From: Spirochaetota bacterium
Lineage (GTDB): Bacteria; Spirochaetota; GWE2-31-10
Reading direction: 5' to 3'
Length of the DNA: 43,475 nt
Assembly (NCBI GenBank): GCA_022361115.1
Contig: JAKSBL010000286.1
Coordinates: forward strand, 1 to 43,475
The notes under the pieces were generated by a model. That model was not told where the DNA came from, searched no databases, and saw only the letters and a program-made list of their open reading frames with translations. The position numbers and the translations under genes were made by a program. Within the stretch, counting starts at the first letter, position 1; each line of letters opens with the position of its first letter. This document shows positions 8,818-17,711 of the stretch, in pieces.

Positions 8818-10005
8818 ATGAGACATAATTTTAATCTTTTATTTTTATTCACTTTGTTTTGTTTATTGGTAAGCGGTTGTTCAGTTGCTGAAAATAGTGA
8901 AGAGAATAGTTATCAGACTATTGATGCTAATATTCGCAATAAGGTTAGTGATTTTGATGAAACTAGCATAATTACCGCAATTGATTCTGATGATTTCGTA
9001 GGAGAATACACGTCTATTGCAGTGAATGGTGACAATATTTATATTTCCTATTTTGATCATACAAATGGGGATTTAAAGGTGGCTAGATCAAATAATAGAG
9101 GAATTTCTTGGGATACAAAAACAATTGATTCTTATGGTACTGTAGGCTGGGATACCTCAATAACAGTTGTAGATGAAAATATTTATGTAGCTTATTATGA
9201 TTTAACCAATCATGATTTAAAGTTTGCTAAATCAACTAATGGAGGTAACTTATGGGACCCTCTTGATATTAGAACAGTTGATGAAACTGGTTATGTTGGG
9301 AAACATACATCAATAACTGCTGATCATAATTATATTTATATTTCTTATTCTGATCATACAAACAGGGATTTAAAATTTGCCAGATCAGATGACAATGGAG
9401 ATACCTGGGAATTACAAACAGTAGATTCAATAGGTGTTATAGGTACTTATACTTCTATAAAAAATGAAGGCTCAAATGTATATATATCTTATTATGATAT
9501 AACAAATAGAGATTTGAAGCTGGCTGCTTCTGCTGATGAAGGACTCACATGGGAAAGAATTATAGTAGATGGTATAGGGAATGTAGGTGCAGATACATCA
9601 ATTGCAGTAGATGAATCAGATTTATACTTTTCATACCGGGATACAGTGGGTAGAGATTTAAAGTTTGCAAAATTAACCAAAAAAGAAGGCATTTGGCACC
9701 ATATCTATGTTAAAACCATTGATTCTATAGATGATGTTGGTTATGCCACATCCATATCCTTAGAAAATAATTATGTTTATATTTCCTATTATGATCGAAC
9801 AAATGGGGATTTAAAGTTTGCAAAATCAAGAGATTGGGGTAAAACCTGGCTTCTTGGTGATATTATAGTAGTGGATTCAACAGATAATGTTGGCGAGCAT
9901 TCGTCCATAGCTTGCTACTTTTCTAATGTATATATTTCATATTGGGATCACACAAATAGAGATTTGAAGTTTGCAAAATCAGTGGATAGAGGAAGTACCT
10001 GGTAA
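8818..10005 (+). CDS. BNR/Asp-box repeat lipoprotein, seven-bladed beta-propeller
   Basis: Lipobox LVSGC; seven ~50-aa repeats VG..TSI......YISYYD.TN.DLKFAKS.D.G.TW; strong RBS. Confidence 0.85.
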   Translation: MRHNFNLLFLFTLFCLLVSGCSVAENSEENSYQTIDANIRNKVSDFDETSIITAIDSDDFVGEYTSIAVNGDNIYISYFDHTNGDLKVARSNNRGISWDTKTIDSYGTVGWDTSITVVDENIYVAYYDLTNHDLKFAKSTNGGNLWDPLDIRTVDETGYVGKHTSITADHNYIYISYSDHTNRDLKFARSDDNGDTWELQTVDSIGVIGTYTSIKNEGSNVYISYYDITNRDLKLAASADEGLTWERIIVDGIGNVGADTSIAVDESDLYFSYRDTVGRDLKFAKLTKKEGIWHHIYVKTIDSIDDVGYATSISLENNYVYISYYDRTNGDLKFAKSRDWGKTWLLGDIIVVDSTDNVGEHSSIACYFSNVYISYWDHTNRDLKFAKSVDRGSTW

Positions 10006-10111
10006 TGAAATTACAAGCTCTCGGTATAATTTTCAATACTTTATCTTATTCTCACTTCTTTTATTAAGTCTGTAGCTGTACTTGTATCCATCATTATAAT
10101 TCTAATAAAAT

Positions 10112-10158
10112 GGGCGTTTTCCATAAATAATCTTATTGGAAATCGCCCTTGATTTTTT
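10112..10158 (+). terminator. Probable terminator after the BNR lipoprotein
   Basis: GGGCGTTTTCCA (10112-10123) / TGGAAATCGCCC (10137-10148), one mismatch, followed by TTGATTTTTT. Confidence 0.5.
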
Positions 10159-10228
10159 ACTACAATTATATTTTTCAAAGAAAAATAAAAATATTATAAT
10201 AACTAAAACTTTGGAAGAAAGATAGTTT

Positions 10229-12832
10229 ATGACAATCAGAGAACATGCAGATCAAACAGAAAAGAAATTTGGTATCCGGGCAGTTGATATTCATAAATGG
10301 ATAGATGGATTTTTTGATGCAGAAAGTTTTGAGTTATTTATCAAAGGAAAAACAGGAGTTGATTTTAATCCCTATGAACATCGCAGATATCGTCATTGCC
10401 GGGAAGCATTAAAAGAGGCTTATCAGGAATTCCAGTCGAAATATAGTAAGGATCAGATTAAAGCAGTATTTGAATCTCACTTAAAGGATGATTATAACGG
10501 ATATATCCCTTGCCGCAATGATTTCGAAAATGGCCTGTTTCGGGAAAAATATCATGAAAGAGGGGATTTTCAGGATAAAGTCCTGACTTCAGTTGAATTA
10601 TCTGAATATTTCAAGGGTAAAAATTATCAAATTTCAAATAAAAATAAACAGAAAACAGATTTTAAATTTTTACTGCGGATTATTCTTCCTGTTTTAATCG
10701 CTTTGGTATTATTTTTAGGAACAGGTTTAATTTTCATCATTCCGGTTTATTATGATATTATGATGAATAATAAAAAAATCCTGATTAAAGAACTGGTCAA
10801 TACAGCTGCCAGTTCTATAAGTTATTATATACAAGAAGAAAAAAATCATAATTTGACCAGGCAGGAAGCCCAAAAAATGGCTCACTTAGAAGTAGAAAAA
10901 ATGCGTTATGGAGTTGATGGAAAAGATTACTTTTTTATAACGGACATGCACCCTTTTATGATTATGCATCCCTATCGAAATGATTTGGTAGGTGAGGATT
11001 TAAATCATTACAAAGACAGTGAAGATAAAAGCGGGAAAAAAATCTTTGTAGAGTTTGTTAAAATTGTGAAAAATTATCAGGAAGGCTATCTTGAGTATTG
11101 CTGGCAATGGATGGATGATACAGATCAAAAAGCATTAAAACTATCTTATGTGAAGGGTATTCCTGAATGGAACTGGATAATAGGAACCGGTATTTATATT
11201 AACGATATAGAAGAAGAAATTAATGCATTTACTGATAAATTACTTCTTGTTTTTAGTATTATCTCTTTAATGATTTGCTTGGCTCTCTTTTATGTCATCA
11301 TGCAGAGTAAAAAAATTGAAACAAATCGGCAATACTTTGAACTCGGTTTAATTGAAGCAAAAAATCGGTACCGGGCATTAGTTGAATCTGCCAATGAAGG
11401 TTATATTCTGGAAATCGGCGGAGAGCATGTTTATTCCAACCATACTTTACAACGTTTGTTAGACTATAATGAAGAAGAATTGACTGAGCTAAAACTTTTT
11501 GATTTATTAGATAAAGTCTATCCTGCTAATTTAGATCCCAAAGAATATTTAACAAAATTATATCAGTCCTTTGTAGAGCCAAAAAAGTTTGAAGCCAGAT
11601 TAATAACGAAAGGGGGTTATCCAATTGATTTAATTATCAGTGTTTCTAATTTGTTTTTTTCTCAAAAAAATGGACATGTTATTTCGTTTAGAGAAAAGCA
11701 ACAAAATAAAGAACATATATTTTCCCGGTTAGCCCATTTCCCTTTATTAAAAAGCAGTTTTAATTCTAAGCAAGACCATTCTGTTTTAAATATCCAATCA
11801 ATAGTGAAAAATATAATAGAAAGCAATGAATCAACTCAGATAATCAAGTTATTAAACCAGCTGCCTCAACAGGTTTCTCATATGCTGAATACAGGGTTAG
11901 ATCCCCAAATCATTAGAAGTTATGTGAATGAGAGCTATCAAGCAGCAAGTCAAAAATTTATAGAAATAGCAGTCAAAGCATTGGGACAACCACCAGTAAA
12001 ATTTTGTTTTTTTGCCTTAGGCAGTAGTGCAAGAGGAGAAATGACTCTGTTTTCTGATCAGGATAATGCTCTGGTCTATCAGGATGTTTCTGTAGCAAAT
12101 AAAAATGAAGTTGAAAAGTATTTTTTAAAGTTGTCATCTAATGTTAATCAAAATTTAGATCAAGCAGGGTTTCATATTTGTCCAGGTGGATTAGTTGCTT
12201 CAAACAGCAAGTGGTGTTTAACCCTCTCTCATTGGCAAGCCTTGTTTCAAGACTGGTTTGAAGCAATGAATCCTGAGGCTTTTTTAAAAATTAATGTTTT
12301 TGCAGATACAAAATATGTTTATGGTAACCAGGAACTATTAATCAATCTGCAGGAAAATTTTAGAAATTATTCTCAAAATAATACCCCTTTTTTTAATCTT
12401 TATGTGAATAATTCCTTACTTTATAAAGTCCCTATGAATTTATTAGGGGGAATCAAAACAGATAAAAAAAAAAAAAAAAAAAATATCAATATTAAAGCCT
12501 GTTTAAAACCATTGGAAATTGGTTCCAGGATTTATGCATTAAAAAATGAAATCACCGCAACCAGCACAAGCGACCGTTTATATGCATTGCTGAACAAGAA
12601 AAAAATCTCATCTAATCTTTATCAAAATAGCATCTATGCTTTTTATTATCTCTGGAATTTGCGATTTTATAATCAAATTATTTTGAATGCTGATCTGGAG
12701 AAATTAAATGATGAACTGGATTTAAGTCGGCTTTCTGAAATTGAAGTTGAGAATTTAAAAACAGTTCTAAATCAAATTCAGAATTTTCAAAACAGGTTAA
12801 ATAGTGATTTTATTGGCAGAGTAAGAATATAA
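10229..12832 (+). CDS. Membrane sensor-nucleotidyltransferase: His-rich N-terminal domain, TM, single Cache 2, TM, PAS, DUF294 nucleotidyltransferase, DUF294_C
   Basis: Cache signature RYG..GKDYFFITD....MIMHPY..DLVG...GYLEYCWQW...KLSYVK.IPEWNWIIGTGIYI between two TM helices; RYRALVESANEG PAS start; pol-beta-type motif LGSSARGEMTLFSDQDNALVY (G598, S599, D610, D612), CPGGLVASNSKWC and the C-terminal NIK...RIYAL...TSTSDRL segment typical of DUF294 proteins. Confidence 0.85.
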   Translation: MTIREHADQTEKKFGIRAVDIHKWIDGFFDAESFELFIKGKTGVDFNPYEHRRYRHCREALKEAYQEFQSKYSKDQIKAVFESHLKDDYNGYIPCRNDFENGLFREKYHERGDFQDKVLTSVELSEYFKGKNYQISNKNKQKTDFKFLLRIILPVLIALVLFLGTGLIFIIPVYYDIMMNNKKILIKELVNTAASSISYYIQEEKNHNLTRQEAQKMAHLEVEKMRYGVDGKDYFFITDMHPFMIMHPYRNDLVGEDLNHYKDSEDKSGKKIFVEFVKIVKNYQEGYLEYCWQWMDDTDQKALKLSYVKGIPEWNWIIGTGIYINDIEEEINAFTDKLLLVFSIISLMICLALFYVIMQSKKIETNRQYFELGLIEAKNRYRALVESANEGYILEIGGEHVYSNHTLQRLLDYNEEELTELKLFDLLDKVYPANLDPKEYLTKLYQSFVEPKKFEARLITKGGYPIDLIISVSNLFFSQKNGHVISFREKQQNKEHIFSRLAHFPLLKSSFNSKQDHSVLNIQSIVKNIIESNESTQIIKLLNQLPQQVSHMLNTGLDPQIIRSYVNESYQAASQKFIEIAVKALGQPPVKFCFFALGSSARGEMTLFSDQDNALVYQDVSVANKNEVEKYFLKLSSNVNQNLDQAGFHICPGGLVASNSKWCLTLSHWQALFQDWFEAMNPEAFLKINVFADTKYVYGNQELLINLQENFRNYSQNNTPFFNLYVNNSLLYKVPMNLLGGIKTDKKKKKKNINIKACLKPLEIGSRIYALKNEITATSTSDRLYALLNKKKISSNLYQNSIYAFYYLWNLRFYNQIILNADLEKLNDELDLSRLSEIEVENLKTVLNQIQNFQNRLNSDFIGRVRI
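12464..12483 (+). repeat. A20 homopolymer inside the coding sequence
   Basis: GAT-A20-TATC encodes DKKKKKKNI; the frame is currently intact. Confidence 0.9.
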
Positions 12833-12851
12833 CAGCTTTTTTTAATTTCTG

Positions 12852-12879
12852 TTGACAATTTCCAAAAAATTGTTATTAT
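12852..12879 (+). promoter_or_regulatory. Sigma-70 promoter of the pullulanase gene
   Basis: TTGACA (12852-12857), 16-nt spacer containing extended -10 TG, TATTAT (12874-12879). Confidence 0.7.
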
Positions 12880-12920
12880 GTATTGTAAACCGGTTTAGTA
12901 AACCGGTTTACAATACATAA
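12876..12920. promoter_or_regulatory. 45-bp perfect palindrome containing two tandem LacI-family-like operators
   Basis: 22-bp arms TTATGTATTGTAAACCGGTTTA-G-TAAACCGGTTTACAATACATAA; contains TAAACCGGTTTA twice, 13 bp apart, over the expected transcription start. Confidence 0.75.
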
Positions 12921-12931
12921 AAGGAGAAAAA

Positions 12932-15436
12932 ATGAACAAAAAAGTAATATTAATCATTCTTGTCTTTTTTTTAAAATTATCTATTTTTGCAGCCAATGGA
13001 CCAGGGCAATTAGGGGCAAAATATACTCCTGAGGAAACCACTTTTTCTATTTGGTCTCCTGATACCAGCAATGTAGTCCTGCTGTTGGACGGAGTGGAGT
13101 ATCCTTGTTCCAGGATTTCTGACTTTGATGGTTACACTGATATCTATTCTGTTACTGTTTCCGGGGATCGGAAAGACCAGGTTTATCAATTTAAAATAAA
13201 TGGGCAATCTGTTCGAGATCCTTATGGAGTCATGTTATCAGAAGCTGAATCTAATTTTAATGTAGTAATGGATTTAGAGGAAACAAATCCTGATAATGGC
13301 TGGTATGATCGCCCTGATTTAGTAGAAAGGGAAGACGCTGTTATTTATGAAATACATATTCGGGATTTTACTATTGATGAAAATTCCGGGATTCCAACTG
13401 ATAAAAAAGGGAAGTTTCTGGGCATGGTTCATTCCGGCAGTACTTATAATGGGTTAACTACAGGAATCGATCACTTAATTGAATTAGGAGTTACTCATGT
13501 TCAAATTCTCCCTTTTTATGATTTTGCTACCCGTCATTATAACTGGGGATATGATCCAGCAAATTATAATATTCCTGAAGATCAATATGTTTCTGATCCC
13601 GATGATTCGGTAAAAAGGATAAAAGAACTAAAAACCATGATCAATGAGTTTCATAATGCTGGTATCAGAGTCATTATGGATGTAGTTTACAATCACACTT
13701 ATATGCCATTGGAAAAAGATGGGCCGATTCCAGAATATTTACAGGACTATATTGATGTTTTTGAACCAATTACCAGAGATTATTATTTAACTGACAGTAA
13801 TGGAGATCTCATTGATTTGTCTGGCTGTGCCAATACTCTGGATACTCAAAATGCCATGGTGAACCGCTTTATCAGGGATTCTTTAGAGTACTGGGTTGAG
13901 GAATTTCATATTGACGGCTTTCGTTTTGATCTCTTTGGTACAATGATGTACCAGGCTGTGGATGAGTGGGCCGATTATTTAAATAGCCAATTTGCCGATG
14001 CAAATTTGCTGATCTATGGAGAACCCTGGCAGGGTACTGGTGACAACACATTAGGTAGTAATAAAGTCCGGCTAGGTAAAATGCCTTTATTGGCTGATTC
14101 ACATGTAGGCGCCTTTAATGATCAGTTTAGACAAGCCATTAAAGGGAGTTCCGACAATGGAGATTGGAATGGTTATATGTGTAACGAGAGTGACGCCTAT
14201 GGTGTTGAGCAAGGAATTCGAGGCTCTTTATTGGAAGTGAAGAGTAAAACTGCTGTTGATGATTGGAGTGACCGCTTTGCATATGATCCGGAACAGACCA
14301 TAAATTACGCTGCAGCTCATGATAATCTTTGTCTTTGGGATAAACTAATTGCTGCAGGCCATGAAGATAATTATGGAAAAAGAATCGTGAAATTTGTCAA
14401 TGGGATATTAATGACTTCCCAGGGAATACCTTTTATCCATGCTGGAGATGAAATGCTGCGAACTAAATTAGGGGATGATGCGAATTGGGAATATGCAGAA
14501 AACAGTTATAAGGCCCCGGATGAGTATAATAAAATTCGCTGGCAATGGAAAGAAAGCAATCTGGAGGTTTTTGAGTATATAAAAGCATTAATTAGTTTAA
14601 GAAAATCTCATCCGGGATTAAGATTTAACACCTGGGATGAGATCAATAATAATATGACTACAGAAGTTGTGAATAATGGAAAGGTCATTATTTCCCAAAT
14701 CAATGCAGCAGCCAATAATGATCAATGGAGTAAAATTCTGGTGATTTATAATAGTGATAATAATTATTGGTACCAGCTGCCGTCTGGTAACTGGTATATT
14801 GCTGTAGAAAAGGAAAATGGTAATGCCAATGATATTTTGGCTGGTGAATGGGTGGAAGTGGAAGGGACTTCGATTACTGTATTATATCAGCTTCAGGAAG
14901 AATGGGAGCAAGCTTATCTAAGAAGTACTGAAAATAATTGGGGGACAACAAATATGGAAAAAGTTGGTCCCAATACCTGGGAAGCAACCGTTACTTTTAC
15001 AGATACTGGGGATAATCCCCCCCGTTTTAAAATCGATCATTATGGAGATTGGACAGAGAGTTATCCCAGTGTTGATTATGTTGTAGAAGCCAATCAAACC
15101 TATAAAATTACTTTTCATGACATTACAAAAGAGGTAAATGCTGAACTGGTTGATCCTGTAACTTCAGTGACCATTTATTATTCAGAATTTGAATATGCTT
15201 CATCCTATATTTTACATTGCTGGAATGGATTAAGTGAAGACTATACCATGACTTATGATGGACCATTTAATAATATCCATTGGTGGAAGATAACTTTAGC
15301 TAATGTACCAGCTAATTTTAATTTTTGTTTTACGAATAGCAATGGGAACTGGGATGGTGTAAACCGTTTATATTCTGAACAGGGTGAGCATTTATATATC
15401 TATTATGGGGATAGCACAGTCTACACATCCAGGTAG
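12932..15436 (+). CDS. pulA: Secreted type I pullulanase-like GH13 enzyme with N-terminal CBM48-like and C-terminal starch-binding-like modules
   Basis: Signal peptide; TTFSIWSP, IYEIHIRDF, YNWGYDP (type I pullulanase signature), MDVVYNH, GFRFDL, YGEPW and AHDN catalytic motifs; AAGGAG RBS. Confidence 0.88.
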   Translation: MNKKVILIILVFFLKLSIFAANGPGQLGAKYTPEETTFSIWSPDTSNVVLLLDGVEYPCSRISDFDGYTDIYSVTVSGDRKDQVYQFKINGQSVRDPYGVMLSEAESNFNVVMDLEETNPDNGWYDRPDLVEREDAVIYEIHIRDFTIDENSGIPTDKKGKFLGMVHSGSTYNGLTTGIDHLIELGVTHVQILPFYDFATRHYNWGYDPANYNIPEDQYVSDPDDSVKRIKELKTMINEFHNAGIRVIMDVVYNHTYMPLEKDGPIPEYLQDYIDVFEPITRDYYLTDSNGDLIDLSGCANTLDTQNAMVNRFIRDSLEYWVEEFHIDGFRFDLFGTMMYQAVDEWADYLNSQFADANLLIYGEPWQGTGDNTLGSNKVRLGKMPLLADSHVGAFNDQFRQAIKGSSDNGDWNGYMCNESDAYGVEQGIRGSLLEVKSKTAVDDWSDRFAYDPEQTINYAAAHDNLCLWDKLIAAGHEDNYGKRIVKFVNGILMTSQGIPFIHAGDEMLRTKLGDDANWEYAENSYKAPDEYNKIRWQWKESNLEVFEYIKALISLRKSHPGLRFNTWDEINNNMTTEVVNNGKVIISQINAAANNDQWSKILVIYNSDNNYWYQLPSGNWYIAVEKENGNANDILAGEWVEVEGTSITVLYQLQEEWEQAYLRSTENNWGTTNMEKVGPNTWEATVTFTDTGDNPPRFKIDHYGDWTESYPSVDYVVEANQTYKITFHDITKEVNAELVDPVTSVTIYYSEFEYASSYILHCWNGLSEDYTMTYDGPFNNIHWWKITLANVPANFNFCFTNSNGNWDGVNRLYSEQGEHLYIYYGDSTVYTSR

Positions 15437-15454
15437 GATGAAAAAAATATTGAT

Positions 15455-15492
15455 GGGCTGGATAATGTTTTTTGATCCAGCCTTTATTTATT
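15455..15492. terminator. Hairpin terminator between convergent pullulanase and acylphosphatase genes
   Basis: GGCTGGAT (15456-15463) / ATCCAGCC (15475-15482), followed by TTTATTT. Confidence 0.6.
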
Positions 15493-15513
15493 AAAAAATC
15501 ACTAAAGTGAAAT

Positions 15514-15789
15514 TTAAAACTGGTAGTCTCCGCTGATGGTTCCTGAATATTTTTGTTTATCAATATGATTAATCTTTCCATAAAACATGTAATTTTGCGG
15601 ATTGGTTTGTAAAGCCAGACAATACTGATTAATTCTTTGTGAATCATCACAATCCAGCAATACTTCAACAGTACCATCAAAAAGATTAGATGCTGCACCA
15701 TGGATTTGAAAATATTGTGCATAAAGGCTGCAATAATAACGACAACAAACCCCTTGCACCATACCATGCAGATTTAAGCGAACCGGCAT
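15514..15789 (-). CDS. acyP: Acylphosphatase
   Basis: 91 aa; GMVQGVCCR (cf. G.VQGVGFR) and NLFDGTVEV (cf. N..DGSVE); GGAGG RBS. Confidence 0.85.
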   Translation of the reverse strand: MPVRLNLHGMVQGVCCRYYCSLYAQYFQIHGAASNLFDGTVEVLLDCDDSQRINQYCLALQTNPQNYMFYGKINHIDKQKYSGTISGDYQF

Positions 15790-16100
15790 ACTCTATCCTC
15801 CATTTTAAAAAATGAATGATGATAACCAATATTTTATCAATTTGAATAATAAATTTCAACTTTATTTCTTCTTTGGTTAATCAGGTTTGGCTTTTCTCTG
15901 GATAAATTTATTGTCCTTAATACCCATTATTGACAGAAATAAATGATTAACACGATAATCAAATTCAGCTTCTGGAAAAAGGATTATCCACCATTCATTA
16001 TAAACAATGAAAATCGGTTCTTTTATAGCGTGAATCACTTATTTATAAGATAATAAAAAATCACATTTTTTACAATTCAATCGATAAACCAGCTCTTTGC

Positions 16101-16129
16101 TTGACATTGAATAGGGAATTTACTATATT
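16101..16129 (+). promoter_or_regulatory. Candidate sigma-70 promoter of the def-fmt operon
   Basis: TTGACA (16101-16106)-N17-TATATT (16124-16129). Confidence 0.55.
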
Positions 16130-16270
16130 TAGTGCACAGTCAGCATATGTAAAATAAAATTCGTATTTATATATAAAAATTAGTAATAAATTGTGATCTT
16201 TTTGATCATCATAAGTGGTTTAGATGAAATTATGTAAGCGATGTAACAGTTTTAAACATAAGGAGGTTTT

Positions 16271-16759
16271 ATGTTGAAATTACAGACTTATGATAATAAA
16301 GTTTTAGAAAATAAATCTGAAGAAGTAAAAAACATAGATAAAGACTTGGAAAACTTAGTCAATGAAATGTTTAAAATCATGTATGAAAATAATGGAATTG
16401 GCTTGGCTGCGGTTCAAGTTGGTGTTTTAAAAAGGCTATTTGTAATGGATGTTCCCAAACAGGGACGTTATGTTATGATAAATCCTGTAATAAAAGACTT
16501 TTCTAAAGATAAATCAATCTACGAAGAAGGATGTTTATCAGTTCCTGGAATTTTAGCTGAAGTAGAACGTCCTGCCGAAGTTACAGTTGAATATACAGAC
16601 TTAAAAGGTAAAAGAAAAACCTTAAAAGCCTCAGGAGTGTTAGCTACCTGCATTCAACATGAAAATGACCATTTAGATGGTGTATTGTTTATTGATCGTA
16701 TTGATCCTGTTGAAAAATTAACAAAAATGCGAGAATACCGGAGTATGCTGCAAGTATGA
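16271..16759 (+). CDS. def: Peptide deformylase
   Basis: GIGLAAVQ, EGCLS and QHENDHLDG motifs; AGGAGG RBS. Confidence 0.97.
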   Translation: MLKLQTYDNKVLENKSEEVKNIDKDLENLVNEMFKIMYENNGIGLAAVQVGVLKRLFVMDVPKQGRYVMINPVIKDFSKDKSIYEEGCLSVPGILAEVERPAEVTVEYTDLKGKRKTLKASGVLATCIQHENDHLDGVLFIDRIDPVEKLTKMREYRSMLQV

Positions 16760-17703
16760 AAATCATCTTTCTGGGAACACCGGAAATAGGGGTGCCTGTC
16801 TTAAAAAAAGTTGCCTCTCAACATGATGTTGTAGCTGTTATCACCCAACCGGACAAACCTGCTGGCCGTTCAAAAAAACGAATACCATCCCCCATTGCTG
16901 TAACAGCAAAGGAATTGCAAATCCCGGTGTTTAAACCACTAAAAATAGATCCAGCCGTTCTCGATGAGTTAACCGCATATCAAGCAGATATTTTTCTGAC
17001 TTTTGCCTTTGGTATGATTTTGAGAAAAGATTTCTTTGCCGTTACCAAACAGGGGGGGATGAATATCCATCCTTCCTTACTTCCTCTGTATCGCGGCCCA
17101 TCTCCTCTCCAAACCGCCTTGTTTAATGGAGAGAAAAAATCTGGCATTACTATTCAGCAAGTTGCTTTAAAAGTTGATTCTGGAGATATTCTCTGGCAAG
17201 AAGCCTTTGATATTTCAGATAATATCAATGTAGTTGAATTAAAACAACAGGTTAGTCAGCGTTCAGCAGAAATCATTCTCCCTTTTTTAGCAGATTGGGA
17301 AGCAGGAAAGATCACACCGCAGCCGCAATTACAGGAACAGGCAACTTATTGCCATATGATTTCTAAAGACCAGGGCTTGATTGATTGGAATCAGTCTGCT
17401 GTACAAATACATAACCAGGTTCGAGCATTTATGCATTGGCCAATTGCTCATACTTTTTTAGATGGGATTAAGTTAAATATTTATCAATCCCATCTTGTTG
17501 ATCCTGAGGATTATGAATGGAATCAAGATGTCGAAAACGGGACTATCGTCAATGCTTGTCACAAAAAAGGGGTTATTATTAAGACAGGTGCAGGTTTTAT
17601 CGCAATAATCTCTTTACAATTAGCTGGAAAAAAAGTATTAAAATGTAATGACTTCTTAAATGGATGTAAAGATTTAAATTTAAAAAAACTAGGTATGGAG
17701 TAA
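16756..17703 (+). CDS. fmt: Methionyl-tRNA formyltransferase
   Basis: MKIIFLGTP, TQPDKPAGR, NIHPSLLPLYRGPSP and DSGDI motifs; ATGA overlap with def. Confidence 0.96.
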   Translation: MKIIFLGTPEIGVPVLKKVASQHDVVAVITQPDKPAGRSKKRIPSPIAVTAKELQIPVFKPLKIDPAVLDELTAYQADIFLTFAFGMILRKDFFAVTKQGGMNIHPSLLPLYRGPSPLQTALFNGEKKSGITIQQVALKVDSGDILWQEAFDISDNINVVELKQQVSQRSAEIILPFLADWEAGKITPQPQLQEQATYCHMISKDQGLIDWNQSAVQIHNQVRAFMHWPIAHTFLDGIKLNIYQSHLVDPEDYEWNQDVENGTIVNACHKKGVIIKTGAGFIAIISLQLAGKKVLKCNDFLNGCKDLNLKKLGME

Positions 17704-17711
17704 CATTTAAA

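Noticed and set aside
8990-10005. Regularly spaced DNA repeats (GATTTAAAGTTTGC-like) resembling a CRISPR array
   Set aside because: The period is ~150 nt, the copies are degenerate and lie in frame within a protein repeat, and there are no cas genes.
15330-15767. 145-aa minus-strand ORF
   Set aside because: It overlaps acyP in another frame and the pullulanase 3' end; acyP has the motifs and RBS.
15877-16107. Minus-strand frame MSSKELVYRLNCKKC...*VIHAIKEP...KPD* with one internal TAA, suggesting a pseudogene or readthrough
   Set aside because: No recognisable family or clear RBS, it overlaps the def promoter, and TAA is used as a normal stop throughout the window.
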